DNA of 64,000 nt from Candidatus Kaiserbacteria bacterium RIFCSPHIGHO2_01_FULL_54_36 (GCA_001781105.1 MFKV01000028.1:10428-74427); one strand, 5' to 3'; shown: positions 28,304 to 37,418, counted from the stretch's first letter. The notes: generated by a model from the letters alone, not told the origin. Numbers and translations: made by a program.

Positions 28304-29366
28304 CCGGGTAGGCTTCTTTGATTTCTTTTGCGAGGTATGGGTTCCACATGGCGCCGGTAGCGGTCATGACGAGGTCGGCGCCGGCGTCGCGGTACTCTTT
28401 GAAATCTTCTGGCACCGTGACTCCTCCGCTCCCTACGATCGCGTATTGCATGCCGAATTCTTTGCGCAGTGCGCTGAGGCGGCGTGTCATGTCGAGCCCT
28501 GCCCACTTCACCGCATGTCCGCAGATGCCGCTCTTTACGCGGTGTGCACCGGGAAGCGCTTGCGAGCCATCAGGGTTCACGACAGGCGCGGGGATGGTGT
28601 TGATGGCAGCAAACCCGTCCACGACGGTGCCGACTTCTTTTACTAATTCGCGCAATTCATTTTCTCCAAAATACGCGATTTTGATAAGAAGCTTGGTGTC
28701 GCCGATCTGATCTTTTATCGCGCTCGTGATGAGCCTTATTTTCGGCACATCGAAGCAAAGGAGCGATGCGGCGCCTTCGTTGGGGCAAGAAAAATTCGTC
28801 TCGACTATTTTGACGCCTGTGTCCTTGATCATTCTAGCGCCCTGTACCCAATCATTGACGTAGTCATCGTGTGAAAATCCTTCCCACTTGGTGCCTTCGA
28901 AGCTGCAAACGACGAGCTGCCCTGGCTTTGCGTAGGCGACGCAATCGCGCAGATCTTTCATCCAGATCTCTGGATCATACGATGGATTGCCGAATGAATT
29001 GGTTATCGAAAGTGGCTCTTTGTATTCGTTGCGCACCACGATCGGCTCGTTTGCCTTTTCGAGCGTGAGATCGCCTTCGATATCGGCGCCCAAGACGTTG
29101 GGCCATTCGTTGCTCGCGCGCACACGGCTGCGCACTGTCTTGTGTATCGGCACATTGAAACTCTTATCGAGCGCCGCTTTGACGAACTTTGCATTGAGAA
29201 GCGGCCCTGCGGGAATGCCGATCGGATACTCGAGTTTCTCACCCAAGAATTCAAACCGCGGTTCGCCGAGGGGCACGACGACGCCATCCTCAAAGCCATT
29301 GAAAGGGCCTTCCTCCCAATTTTCCGAGTAGGTCTTATTGGGGTCGAAAAAAGGCGCCTGGAGCAT
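28296..29366 (-). CDS. Dihydroorotate dehydrogenase-like (DHOD family, PF01180-like) TIM-barrel protein
   Basis: IGIPAGPL, NFSCPN and SGGV motifs. Start set at MLQAPFFDP (29366), which is preceded by GGGGTATACT-N6-ATG. Confidence 0.7.
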   Translation of the reverse strand: MLQAPFFDPNKTYSENWEEGPFNGFEDGVVVPLGEPRFEFLGEKLEYPIGIPAGPLLNAKFVKAALDKSFNVPIHKTVRSRVRASNEWPNVLGADIEGDLTLEKANEPIVVRNEYKEPLSITNSFGNPSYDPEIWMKDLRDCVAYAKPGQLVVCSFEGTKWEGFSHDDYVNDWVQGARMIKDTGVKIVETNFSCPNEGAASLLCFDVPKIRLITSAIKDQIGDTKLLIKIAYFGENELRELVKEVGTVVDGFAAINTIPAPVVNPDGSQALPGAHRVKSGICGHAVKWAGLDMTRRLSALRKEFGMQYAIVGSGGVTVPEDFKEYRDAGADLVMTATGAMWNPYLAKEIKEAYPDA

Positions 29367-29373
29367 GCGCACA

Positions 29374-29415
29374 GTATACCCCATGAGATATATTCCTATC
29401 TCATGGGGTATACCC
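29374..29415. promoter_or_regulatory. Perfect 17-bp inverted repeat GTATACCCCATGAGATA-N6-TATCTCATGGGGTATAC
   Basis: Seen directly, between the GGDEF gene stop and the DHOD-like gene start. Its right arm provides the TATACT element 6 nt before the DHOD-like ATG. Confidence 0.6.
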
Positions 29416-29421
29416 CCGTGC

Positions 29422-30033
29422 CTACAAAAATTCGACTCTATTGCGACCTTTCGCCTTTGCCGAATGCATGAGAGCATCGTCCGCGCGTTTAATGGCGCTC
29501 TCGAAGGTGTCCTCCTCATTGACCAACGTCACGCCAAAACTCATGGTGAGTGAGGTATTTTCAATTGCAATGCCGAGTTCTTCGATGTCCTTCCGCAGAC
29601 TTTCTGCTATTCTCACAATTTGATCCTTGTCGCCGTCGATGATGCAGATGGCGAATTCTTCTCCTCCCCATCTCCCAACCAAGTCTTGAGGTCGTAGGTT
29701 CGTGCGTAGCGTCGAAGCAACCTTTTGCAGAGCTTTATCGCCCGCCGTATGGCCCTGAGTATCATTGAGCACCTTGAAGTGATCGATATCGCACATCATG
29801 ATCCCGATCTGCTTTTCTGGATCGCTAGCACGTCCACCTATTCGCATGCCTTCAATAATGTCGCTGGCTCGCTTCTCGAACTCGCGGCGGTTTGAGAGGC
29901 CAGTCAGCGCATCGCTGGTTGCCAGCTGTTCAAACTCTTTTGCCTTGCGGTACGTCGCCTCACGCGCATCAAGCTTTTGCTTTTTTGCCTCCTGCGCATC
30001 AAGCGATGCAGGACGATGGGATCCTTCTACCAT
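29422..30033 (-). CDS. GGDEF-domain diguanylate cyclase (stand-alone, coiled-coil N-terminus)
   Basis: RWGGEEF active-site motif, DHFK and the conserved GGDEF core. Confidence 0.85.
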   Translation of the reverse strand: MVEGSHRPASLDAQEAKKQKLDAREATYRKAKEFEQLATSDALTGLSNRREFEKRASDIIEGMRIGGRASDPEKQIGIMMCDIDHFKVLNDTQGHTAGDKALQKVASTLRTNLRPQDLVGRWGGEEFAICIIDGDKDQIVRIAESLRKDIEELGIAIENTSLTMSFGVTLVNEEDTFESAIKRADDALMHSAKAKGRNRVEFL

Positions 30034-30092
30034 CTTGCAAGTATACCCCTTACCGCCGTTAGCAAAGGCGGCAAGGGGTATCGCCTTACGCG

Positions 30093-30236
30093 TTATTGAT
30101 CCTTGTTCTTATCGAAGTCCGATTGCTCTTTCTCCTTCGTCCGATCCGCCTGAGCGTTGGTGTCTTTGCTCTTCATGTCCTTGTCCTGCTCAGTGTCCTT
30201 CGTAGCGGTGCTGCTTGAGTCATGTTCTTGGTTCAT
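30093..30236 (-). CDS. Possible small acidic/Lys-rich protein (47 aa)
   Basis: Own translation: MNQEHDSSSTATKDTEQDKDMKSKDTNAQADRTKEKEQSDFDKNKDQ. No clear SD. Low confidence. Confidence 0.3.
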   Translation of the reverse strand: MNQEHDSSSTATKDTEQDKDMKSKDTNAQADRTKEKEQSDFDKNKDQ

Positions 30237-30335
30237 ATTAGTTTGTGTGAGTTGAGTTTTGTAATAGGCCTCTATCGACCGATAGTGGTATGTATACCGA
30301 AGGACTCATGAAGAACCCCTGAAATTGTCTCCCGC

Positions 30336-30605
30336 TTATTTTTTTGCCTTGAATCGCCTACCGATATTCTTGAAAAAACGGCCGATGAATTTGAGGCCGA
30401 AGCCCTCGCGGCGCACATTTGCTCGCAGCTCTGAAATATCTTTGCGCACGAGCGTTCCCTCTTCGGAGACCATATCGGAGATCTCCTCGACTTTCCCCAA
30501 GATGCGCCATACGCGTACAAGAACGAACGTAACGCCAATACCGAGCAAGACAACTGCAATAGTTGTAACTAAAAAAAAGATGTCCATCTTCGCAAAATCA
30601 TTCAT
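30336..30605 (-). CDS. DUF948-like small membrane protein
   Basis: N-terminal TM helix plus a coiled-coil region. 89 aa. Confidence 0.55.
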   Translation of the reverse strand: MNDFAKMDIFFLVTTIAVVLLGIGVTFVLVRVWRILGKVEEISDMVSEEGTLVRKDISELRANVRREGFGLKFIGRFFKNIGRRFKAKK

Positions 30606-30656
30606 ACGCGCAGCCTCTGTATATGTCGTTACAGAATAGCAATACTTTCACAAGCA

Positions 30657-30827
30657 TTATTTCATCTTGACCCCCTTGAAGGCTCGGCCACGCTTTGCCA
30701 TCTGGTCCATAAAGCGTCCGGTCTTCTTGTTGACCTTCGTCCAGCGCTTATTGCGGCCGGAGAGGACTTGCGTGCGACTCTTTACCTCGCCCTTTCGCCC
30801 ATGCCCTTTTCGTGCGTTCTTTGCCAT
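30657..30827 (-). CDS. Small basic protein (56 aa), possibly ribosomal protein bL33-like
   Basis: Own translation: MAKNARKGHGRKGEVKSRTQVLSGRNKRWTKVNKKTGRFMDQMAKRGRAFKGVKMK. Weak resemblance to bL33 (MAK..R..S....T..KNKR...K.K). Not in the ORF track. Confidence 0.35.
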   Translation of the reverse strand: MAKNARKGHGRKGEVKSRTQVLSGRNKRWTKVNKKTGRFMDQMAKRGRAFKGVKMK

Positions 30828-30864
30828 ACATCAATTGTACCGCGTGCCCAAAAAAAGCAACTGA

Positions 30865-31425
30865 CTATCCTCCGATCTGCCACTTCGAGATGAATTCGAG
30901 TGGATAGATAAGATTGATGACATTGAGCGCCAGGTTGTCGCGGATCATATAGAGTACAAAGAGCTCGAGGCCTACTCCCAGCGCGATCGTGCTCCACAGA
31001 GGCGCTCTCCACGCGAGCACGAAGCCCAATAGCATCGCAAACGTGTCGGAGAGCGAATTGAGGATGCTATCGCCTATGTAGCCCTGCGCGAGCGCTTGCT
31101 GCCTGTAGTGATCAATAACGACCGGCGTATTCTCGACTATCTCCCACGCGATCTCAATACCTAGGGCAAGCAAGAGCCGCATCCCCACAGAGAGGCGCGG
31201 GAAGAAGTACCACAAGCCCAGGTAAAAGAGGAGACCATGGATAATGTGCGAGAAGGTATACCAGTCCATCAAGTGCTGTGAATTGCCGCTGCTCAGTACG
31301 ACTCCTTCCCAGAGCTTCACATATCCACACGTGCATATCGTCGGCTGGCCCATCAAGTAGAGCACCAGCGCTTGTGCGGCTATGAGCAGCGCCCCGACCC
31401 ACATATCCCGTCTGGATAATTGCAT
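30865..31425 (-). CDS. DUF2585-like multi-pass membrane protein
   Basis: 186 aa with 5-6 TM helices. Family call is tentative. Confidence 0.55.
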   Translation of the reverse strand: MQLSRRDMWVGALLIAAQALVLYLMGQPTICTCGYVKLWEGVVLSSGNSQHLMDWYTFSHIIHGLLFYLGLWYFFPRLSVGMRLLLALGIEIAWEIVENTPVVIDHYRQQALAQGYIGDSILNSLSDTFAMLLGFVLAWRAPLWSTIALGVGLELFVLYMIRDNLALNVINLIYPLEFISKWQIGG

Positions 31426-31475
31426 GCAACGTATTCTATCTTATAATTTAAAGACTATTCGCTAACAATCTTCTC

Positions 31476-31808
31476 ATGGATCAACCATCAGGCATTCCGA
31501 GCCCTCATAAGAATACGCTCATGGCGGTGCTCGCGTACTTAGGGATTCTCGTCGTTATCCCGCTTATCGTCGCCAAAGGCGATCCGTTCGTGAAATTCCA
31601 CATCAAGCAGGGGCTCGTGCTTGTGATCATCGAGCTCGCGATGTGGGCACTCGCAATGACGATGCTTGGCTGGCAGCTGATGCCGCTCGTCCAGATCGTC
31701 AATCTCGGGGTCTTGATCTTGGCTGTTATCGGCATCGTGAACGCTGTACAGGGCAAGGAGAAAGAGCTGCCATTGGTCGGGTCATTCGCCAGGAATTTCA
31801 ACTTTTAA
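31476..31808 (+). CDS. DUF4870 family small membrane protein
   Basis: LAYLGILVVIPLIVAKGDPFVKFHIKQGLVL motif. 110 aa. Confidence 0.65.
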   Translation: MDQPSGIPSPHKNTLMAVLAYLGILVVIPLIVAKGDPFVKFHIKQGLVLVIIELAMWALAMTMLGWQLMPLVQIVNLGVLILAVIGIVNAVQGKEKELPLVGSFARNFNF

Positions 31809-32335
31809 TCGAAGAATATTGCGACCGACCGCAATTCGGTTCTCGCTTTCTGATAGGCTGGTATCGTACGCGCAACCAAGTCCCAGAATCGCTGCGAGTG
31901 GTTCATTTCGCGCAAGTGACACAATTCATGGACGATGATGTATTCGGCAAGAGGCTGAGAAAGTGCCGCGATTTTGTAATTGAAGCTCAGATCGCCATTG
32001 CGCGAGCATGATCCCCAGCGCGTCTTTTGCGCGCGGATGGTTATCTTGTTGTACGAGAGGCCGTATATTCTCGAGAAATGCTCGCAGCGGGCGCTCGCGA
32101 GCGCGAGCGCCCGCTGCTTAAGCCTCGGTATGCTCCCCCGAGGCACCCTGAGCGCAGTTCGCGTGTGCGCCTTCTCGACGTGCCTTTGGATCCAGGAAGA
32201 ATGCTTGGCGACGAAGCGCTCTATTGCGCCTTGCCCAAAGAGTCTTGGCGTCGTGACCACCACACGCGCATCAGGGTACACTGCGAGCCGCATCGTGCGC
32301 GCTCGTGCACTCACTCGGAGCGTGTAGCCGCCCAT
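31805..32335 (-). CDS. YgjP/DUF45 (SprT-like) metal-dependent hydrolase
   Basis: HELCHL (HEXXH) and WGSCS...L.FN motifs. Start at MGGYTLRVS. Confidence 0.75.
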   Translation of the reverse strand: MGGYTLRVSARARTMRLAVYPDARVVVTTPRLFGQGAIERFVAKHSSWIQRHVEKAHTRTALRVPRGSIPRLKQRALALASARCEHFSRIYGLSYNKITIRAQKTRWGSCSRNGDLSFNYKIAALSQPLAEYIIVHELCHLREMNHSQRFWDLVARTIPAYQKARTELRSVAIFFD

Positions 32336-32343
32336 GATCTTCT

Positions 32344-32607
32344 CTAGCGCGCGTGCACTCTGTTCCACACTTCTGCGATGATATAGCCGACGCAATACCC
32401 CACGAGCGTCGCGATGATAATGACAGTCGCTGCCGCCCCTGCATCAAACGGCCCGACGACCACAGCAAAGTGAGCCATGTGCGCCCACATAGAGAAATCG
32501 ATCAGTGGCTGGGCCCATCCCAAGAGTATGAGCAGCGACCACAGAACGTGCCATCCCCCGAGTACTACCGCGCCAACGGTTCCTACTTTTTTTGCGTTTA
32601 CATGCAT
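32344..32607 (-). CDS. Small hypothetical membrane protein
   Basis: 88 aa with 2-3 hydrophobic helices. Start at MHVNAKK. Confidence 0.45.
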   Translation of the reverse strand: MHVNAKKVGTVGAVVLGGWHVLWSLLILLGWAQPLIDFSMWAHMAHFAVVVGPFDAGAAATVIIIATLVGYCVGYIIAEVWNRVHAR

Positions 32608-32688
32608 ACGAATTGTGTGAGCTTCTAATGGGATAAGTATATCCCCAAAAGACGGCACGGCTACGAGCGATTTGCGTGATGCCCGACT

Positions 32689-33648
32689 TTACAGCCACTG
32701 CCCGATGCCCGCAGAGCAAGCAGCATCGAGTGCCGCCGTGTCGTCGGCGCTCAAGACAAGCGTGTCGCTTCGGTTGATCTCATACATGATCGCTTCCGGA
32801 TCTGCCACATGCCCGATGCCGAATGCATGGCCGAACTCGTGCGCGAGTACGCGTACGAGCTCGGTGCGACTCGAATACTCATAGATATCGATCCGCTGCT
32901 CCCCTGCACGGCTTTCGTACGTCCCTTCTTCAAATTCCTTCCCCGCTGACGCTCCGGCCTGATTGTATTTCTCGACGTTGAGATTGAGCTCTGCAATGAG
33001 CTTATTGAGCGACGCTCCGAGCGCGTTTAGGGTATCGATATCGGCATTCACTTTCGCCTGCGCCGCTTTGATCGCTTGTACCTGTCCTTGGAGCGCGGCT
33101 TTCTCTTCCTGCAGACGATCATAGGTCGCAGGTGGCGCACCACCTTTGCGATTCCATTTCTCCACCTCCGCATTGTATGCAGCTTCGCGCGCTTCATAGG
33201 TAGCAATGTTTTTCTGGAGCGCCGCTTTCTCCGCACTGATGCTTCTTTCCATTCTCTCGTATTGCGCCTTGAGGGATTCGTACGACGAGAGGCTCCTTGT
33301 GATCTGTATGCCAGAGGCTTTCATCTTGTCGGTCGCTTGCTGGCGATAGTCATAGACAAGGTTGACGGTAACGGCTCCGCCCGAGGCTGCGTATGCAAAG
33401 AGGTCTCTGCCGGATGGCTGCTCCCAAATAGTTTCCGCTTCTTTGAGGCGCGCGATGAGCGTGCTCGTCCCCATGCCGAATTGTGGATCTATCGCGCCGA
33501 GGCTATAGGTAATGGGGCTGCGGCACGGCAAGAATTTCGCTTCGATCTGCCGCGCCGCGACCATCACCTCTGTTTGGTGCAAGTAGCCAAAATATGCCGC
33601 CCCTCCGAGCAGCAACGCCCAAATGAGAAAATCTATCGCTCGCCGCAT
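32689..33648 (-). CDS. Membrane-anchored zinc metalloprotease (matrixin/M10-like HEXXHXXGXXH) with coiled-coil region
   Basis: HEFGHAFGIGHV zinc-binding motif near the C-terminus, an N-terminal TM helix and a long coiled coil. Confidence 0.7.
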   Translation of the reverse strand: MRRAIDFLIWALLLGGAAYFGYLHQTEVMVAARQIEAKFLPCRSPITYSLGAIDPQFGMGTSTLIARLKEAETIWEQPSGRDLFAYAASGGAVTVNLVYDYRQQATDKMKASGIQITRSLSSYESLKAQYERMERSISAEKAALQKNIATYEAREAAYNAEVEKWNRKGGAPPATYDRLQEEKAALQGQVQAIKAAQAKVNADIDTLNALGASLNKLIAELNLNVEKYNQAGASAGKEFEEGTYESRAGEQRIDIYEYSSRTELVRVLAHEFGHAFGIGHVADPEAIMYEINRSDTLVLSADDTAALDAACSAGIGQWL

Positions 33649-33840
33649 CCGATATAGTGTATCAAACTTACTTTCTCACCTGTTGCTTTTGCTTCTCGAT
33701 CTTTTTGATCCCGCGGTTTTTGTGCACCGGCTGCAGCCGTGCGGCCTGCCAGCGCATTGTCCCCGTACCTTTTTTGATGGGGTTTTTCATGCCGTATCAG
33801 TCTATAGACTGTGCATGTATCGGCCATGAACTCTGAAATC

Positions 33841-34278
33841 CTACGCCAATATTTTTTCAAGTTTGGTGAAGCTCGAAGACCAGCCCTGCTCGTGCATCTG
33901 CTTAGACTTTTCACCGGCAAGGCGCTCATGGGTCATCGTCATCTCGGTCTTACTGCCCATAGCCTTGAATTCTACCGTTACCACCGTCTCTGCGTTCATC
34001 TCCGCGCCACCGTCGCCTTCCCACTGCCAGGTAAAGACTAACTTTTTCGGGCGTTCTACCGTAATGAATTTGCCTTTGAGCGGATGCATTTCCCCGTCGG
34101 GAGAATGCATCGTCAGGCGGTAGACACCTCCCGGTGTGGCACAGTATTCGTGAATATCGTTGGTAAATCCTTCGGGCCCGTACCATTTCGCTACCTGTAC
34201 CGGATCAATCCACGCATCGAACACATTCTCAGGCGTGGCATCAAACGTGCGCTCTATAACCAATGTTGCGTCTGCCAT
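33841..34278 (-). CDS. SRPBCC family protein (AHSA1/START-like)
   Basis: TLVIERTFDATPENVFDAWIDPVQVAKWYGP... Start at MADATLV, giving a 2-nt gap to the upstream ArsR gene. Confidence 0.75.
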   Translation of the reverse strand: MADATLVIERTFDATPENVFDAWIDPVQVAKWYGPEGFTNDIHEYCATPGGVYRLTMHSPDGEMHPLKGKFITVERPKKLVFTWQWEGDGGAEMNAETVVTVEFKAMGSKTEMTMTHERLAGEKSKQMHEQGWSSSFTKLEKILA

Positions 34279-34279
34279 A

Positions 34280-34615
34280 CTATTGTTTCTTTTTACTCTT
34301 TGTAATGTGTCTCCCCAGGCGATCAAAGCTCCCCTGCCAAAAGGCTGCCTGTGATGTGAGCCAGGTGCTGTATTCCCTGAACGCCTTTTGGTTGAGTACA
34401 CAGATGCGCACGCGTCCGCGCTTGTGCGAGGAAATGATGCCCACATCCTCAAGAATGCGCGCGTGCTTCAGCGCTGCCGGAAGCGAGATTGCAAACGGTT
34501 CGGCCATTTTCGAAAGCGACATAGCGCCGCCATGGTGCAGCCGCTCGACCATGCGCCGCCTCACCGACTGGCACACCTCCTCCCATCCGCGCTCCACATC
34601 CCTATACTTAACCAT
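34280..34615 (-). CDS. ArsR/SmtB family transcriptional regulator
   Basis: HTH region LSKMAEPFAISLPAALKHARILEDVGII. Forms a classic ArsR-SRPBCC pair. Confidence 0.8.
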   Translation of the reverse strand: MVKYRDVERGWEEVCQSVRRRMVERLHHGGAMSLSKMAEPFAISLPAALKHARILEDVGIISSHKRGRVRICVLNQKAFREYSTWLTSQAAFWQGSFDRLGRHITKSKKKQ

Positions 34616-34630
34616 GGGTTAAGTATAGGG
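34600..34630. promoter_or_regulatory. 30-bp perfect palindrome CCCTATACTTAACCATGGGTTAAGTATAGGG overlapping the ArsR start codon
   Basis: Seen directly. Centred on CCATGG, which contains the ATG. Candidate autoregulatory operator. Confidence 0.6.
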
Positions 34631-34689
34631 ATACAGGGATGAACGTCAAGTGAAGATTCGGGAATAGAGTTATCCCGACCACGTATTTT

Positions 34690-35160
34690 CTATCGGATAC
34701 TGAGGATCACTACTGGCTCTACCGGGCGATCGGAGCCAGTGGTCTCCACGTCTTGAATAGCGTTCACGACGTCCATGCCTTGTATAACTTTGCCGAAGAC
34801 CGTGTGCTTGGCATCGAGGAAATTGTTGGGGGCGGTGTTGATGAAAAATTGGCTTCCATTGGTATTGGGCCCGGAATTCGCCATCGCTATCGTGCCGACG
34901 TCATTTCTGTTCTGCCCATGTATCTCGTCTTCAAATTTATACCCAGGGCCACCTGTCCCCCACCTGGCCATAAGTGCATCGTCTTTGGTCTGCGGATCGC
35001 CGCCCTGGATCATAAAGCCCTTGATGACGCGGTGGAATTTGGTGCCGTCATAAAATCCCTCTTTCGCGAGCTTCACAAAGTTCTCGGTAGTCTTCGGCGC
35101 ATCAGCAACCATCAGCTCCAGCTCAATATCTCCCTTATTTGTTTTCAAAGTAATTTGCAT
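34690..35160 (-). CDS. ppiB: Peptidyl-prolyl cis-trans isomerase, cyclophilin type
   Basis: FHRVIKGFMIQGGDP and FFI motifs. Confidence 0.93.
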   Translation of the reverse strand: MQITLKTNKGDIELELMVADAPKTTENFVKLAKEGFYDGTKFHRVIKGFMIQGGDPQTKDDALMARWGTGGPGYKFEDEIHGQNRNDVGTIAMANSGPNTNGSQFFINTAPNNFLDAKHTVFGKVIQGMDVVNAIQDVETTGSDRPVEPVVILSIR

Positions 35161-35177
35161 CGGGGCAGTATATCAAA

Positions 35178-35212
35178 CCGAAACCCCCGCGAGCGGGGGT
35201 TTGCCTGGACTA
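35178..35212 (-). terminator. Rho-independent terminator (minus strand)
   Basis: Minus-strand reading CAAACCCCCGCTCGCGGGGGTTTCGGTTTGATAT: stem CCCCCGC/GCGGGGG plus a T-rich tail. Confidence 0.55.
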
Positions 35213-35537
35213 TTTGTTGAACTATTCGGCTTTCGGTGTGGCCGCTGGGGCTGCCGCAGGTGTTTCCACCTTTGGCTCGACCACTGGCGTTACGGGTGTC
35301 GTAGCGACAGGAGCAGCCGGAGTTGTGTCGTTTGTCATATTCGTAGTGAGAAATTAGGCTTACAATAGGATAGAGCGGCTTGTAACCTCGACGCGTGCCT
35401 AAGCACAGCTAATTACCGATCCCACACACTCTACCACGAATTTCGCATTTTCTCAAGAGAATCACGTGCTACTCTCTACGTCTCTACGTATTTTTTGAAA
35501 TTGTCTGCAATTGCTTACCAGCCACTGCCAGTTGCTT

Positions 35538-35966
35538 CTATCGCATCAAGTCGCCGCAGGCGACGTACACGCTCACCTCTTCGGCAGATTTGTGGACGTT
35601 CAGCGCAAGCGGCAGCTGCGCGAGGATAGCATCGAGCGAGACATTGAGCGTCGTTGCAGACACGCCATTGACCGGAAACTCAAGCGGATAGACGACTCCT
35701 CCGATAGTCGCGCACGACCCCGTGTGAATGTGCGCCGGCTGCACGATACCTGCCGGGGCACCCGTGAGCGCAAGCTCGACGAGTGTGCTTCCGCCCATCG
35801 AGGTCAAAGTGGCTGTGCCGTTCATGCCCGAATCGTTCTGCGCGCTCAAAGCTACGACGACGGGCTCCGAAGCCTCCGAAGCGGGCTCGGCCCCTTGATT
35901 CATGTACCAATAAATTCCTCCGACCACGAGAATTGCAACAACGATCCACATTAGCTTATTTTGCAT
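35538..35966 (-). CDS. CHRD-domain protein with N-terminal signal anchor
   Basis: AHIHTGSC...GGVVYPL motif typical of CHRD domains. 142 aa. Confidence 0.6.
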   Translation of the reverse strand: MQNKLMWIVVAILVVGGIYWYMNQGAEPASEASEPVVVALSAQNDSGMNGTATLTSMGGSTLVELALTGAPAGIVQPAHIHTGSCATIGGVVYPLEFPVNGVSATTLNVSLDAILAQLPLALNVHKSAEEVSVYVACGDLMR

Positions 35967-36117
35967 ACTATGCGTGTATAAATCGTACTAATTATTTTAT
36001 TCGACGCGTTCACTGTAGCACGCACCTCCCCTAGAGAGCGAGCCGATCCGCCCCCGCAACCCATACAATGAATTCCGCTCCATTCTGGTCCCTGACCCAA
36101 TTCTCTTTGAGCGCAGA

Positions 36118-36147
36118 TAGAAAGACCGCCTCTGCGGCGGTCTTTCT
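36118..36147. terminator. Perfect hairpin AGAAAGACCGCC-TCTGC-GGCGGTCTTTCT
   Basis: 12-bp perfect stem immediately downstream of the 36168 gene stop. No strong U-tract. Confidence 0.45.
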
Positions 36148-36167
36148 TCAAACAGCAGTCGGGAGAT

Positions 36168-36653
36168 TTAGTTCCCGTATCCGTTGGGTGTCGCACGCGC
36201 AAACCAATAGTGCGAACCCGCGTCAGTGCCCTGATCCATGAGGACCTCGAACTGGCCCCAGATGCAGTAGCCGCCGTCGGGAAGCGTTGCAAAGTCGGTG
36301 CACGCGCCGATCCACTTGATCTTGTAGTGCCATACCGAGCCCGAACCGCCCTTCTTGCCGTTCCACTCGTTGTCTATCCACGCGTCATAGGGTGGATTCA
36401 ACCAGCCTTCATCGTTGCCGCGATCCCACTCCGCATTCCACTTCATCACGATCTTATCGTTCGCATAGGTCGTGTCGCCGAAGTATGTGCCGTCTAGATT
36501 GCGGTCGATGCCGTCGGCAAGGCCGTTGAAAATACGCGCCGTCTCGTTGTATCCATACTGGTCGAAGCCGGCGGCAGAAACGGCCGTGGCGCCGAGCAAT
36601 GTCATCCCAAGGACCGCCGCGGCGAGCCAGGAATTTTTTATAGTTAGATTCAT
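36168..36653 (-). CDS. Secreted hypothetical protein (Trp/Asp/Gly-rich)
   Basis: Signal peptide MNLTIKNSWLAAAVLGMTLLGATAVSAAG. No family recognised. Confidence 0.6.
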   Translation of the reverse strand: MNLTIKNSWLAAAVLGMTLLGATAVSAAGFDQYGYNETARIFNGLADGIDRNLDGTYFGDTTYANDKIVMKWNAEWDRGNDEGWLNPPYDAWIDNEWNGKKGGSGSVWHYKIKWIGACTDFATLPDGGYCIWGQFEVLMDQGTDAGSHYWFARATPNGYGN

Positions 36654-36740
36654 AGATTTTAAAGATTACTACTAATGAACAGATTGTACTCCGCCATACT
36701 ACAAGTTCAAGAATGTCGGGCAGTATATCAAATTCCGTTT

Positions 36741-37415
36741 CTATTGCCGCAAAACGAAGTTAATTATTTGCCATATCGGGCGAGCAATTTTTTCGATTGT
36801 AAGCGCAAAAGTCTCTGCAAAGTTAGGAACATTTGAGCTTGATTCTTCGACTTTTTCGCCTGTGGCTACAATAGCCTCTTGAATGAGAATACTGGTATTT
36901 GCCAGATTGTGAATTGTGGCATCGGGTATCGCATTTAATACGTCCGTTATGGGTACGATTCGTCCGACAGTAATATAAAAACTTCCCGTCCCGGTGAGGG
37001 TTGAAGTCTTTCTCAGTGGGTATTTATCGATATTTTCGATAAACCACGCTCGAGTTTGCCGCAAAGGCAAAATATACAACCTTTTTGTAGTTACAAAATA
37101 ATAATATAAATCATCTGCTTCACTATAGAGGAAACATCCGGGCGTTTGATGTTCTTCGTTACTAATCGTTTCAAAAAAGAAGTTTCCGGTCCGGTCATAT
37201 GTATCTCCTTTTACCTCGATAAGCCGTTCCATTCTTAATCCGTTGAGTTTGAATTTCCAAATCAGGTCTATATCTCTTTTTTGATATTCTATATTTTTCT
37301 CGACATTAAATATTTCTACCGTTTCAGCCATCGCTCTCATGTAACGGGTTACGGCAAAGACTGCATCATCAGCGATTGTAAACGAGTCAGCAATCTTATA
37401 CGTTCTAAGATCCAT
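36741..37415 (-). CDS. Hypothetical protein with PD-(D/E)XK nuclease-like motif, a candidate restriction endonuclease
   Basis: 224 aa in the low-GC island. RDIDLIWKF...ERLIEVKGD fits D-x(n)-E-x-K. Immediately downstream of the MTase and the 140-aa gene. Confidence 0.5.
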   Translation of the reverse strand: MDLRTYKIADSFTIADDAVFAVTRYMRAMAETVEIFNVEKNIEYQKRDIDLIWKFKLNGLRMERLIEVKGDTYDRTGNFFFETISNEEHQTPGCFLYSEADDLYYYFVTTKRLYILPLRQTRAWFIENIDKYPLRKTSTLTGTGSFYITVGRIVPITDVLNAIPDATIHNLANTSILIQEAIVATGEKVEESSSNVPNFAETFALTIEKIARPIWQIINFVLRQ

Positions 37416-37418
37416 GGA

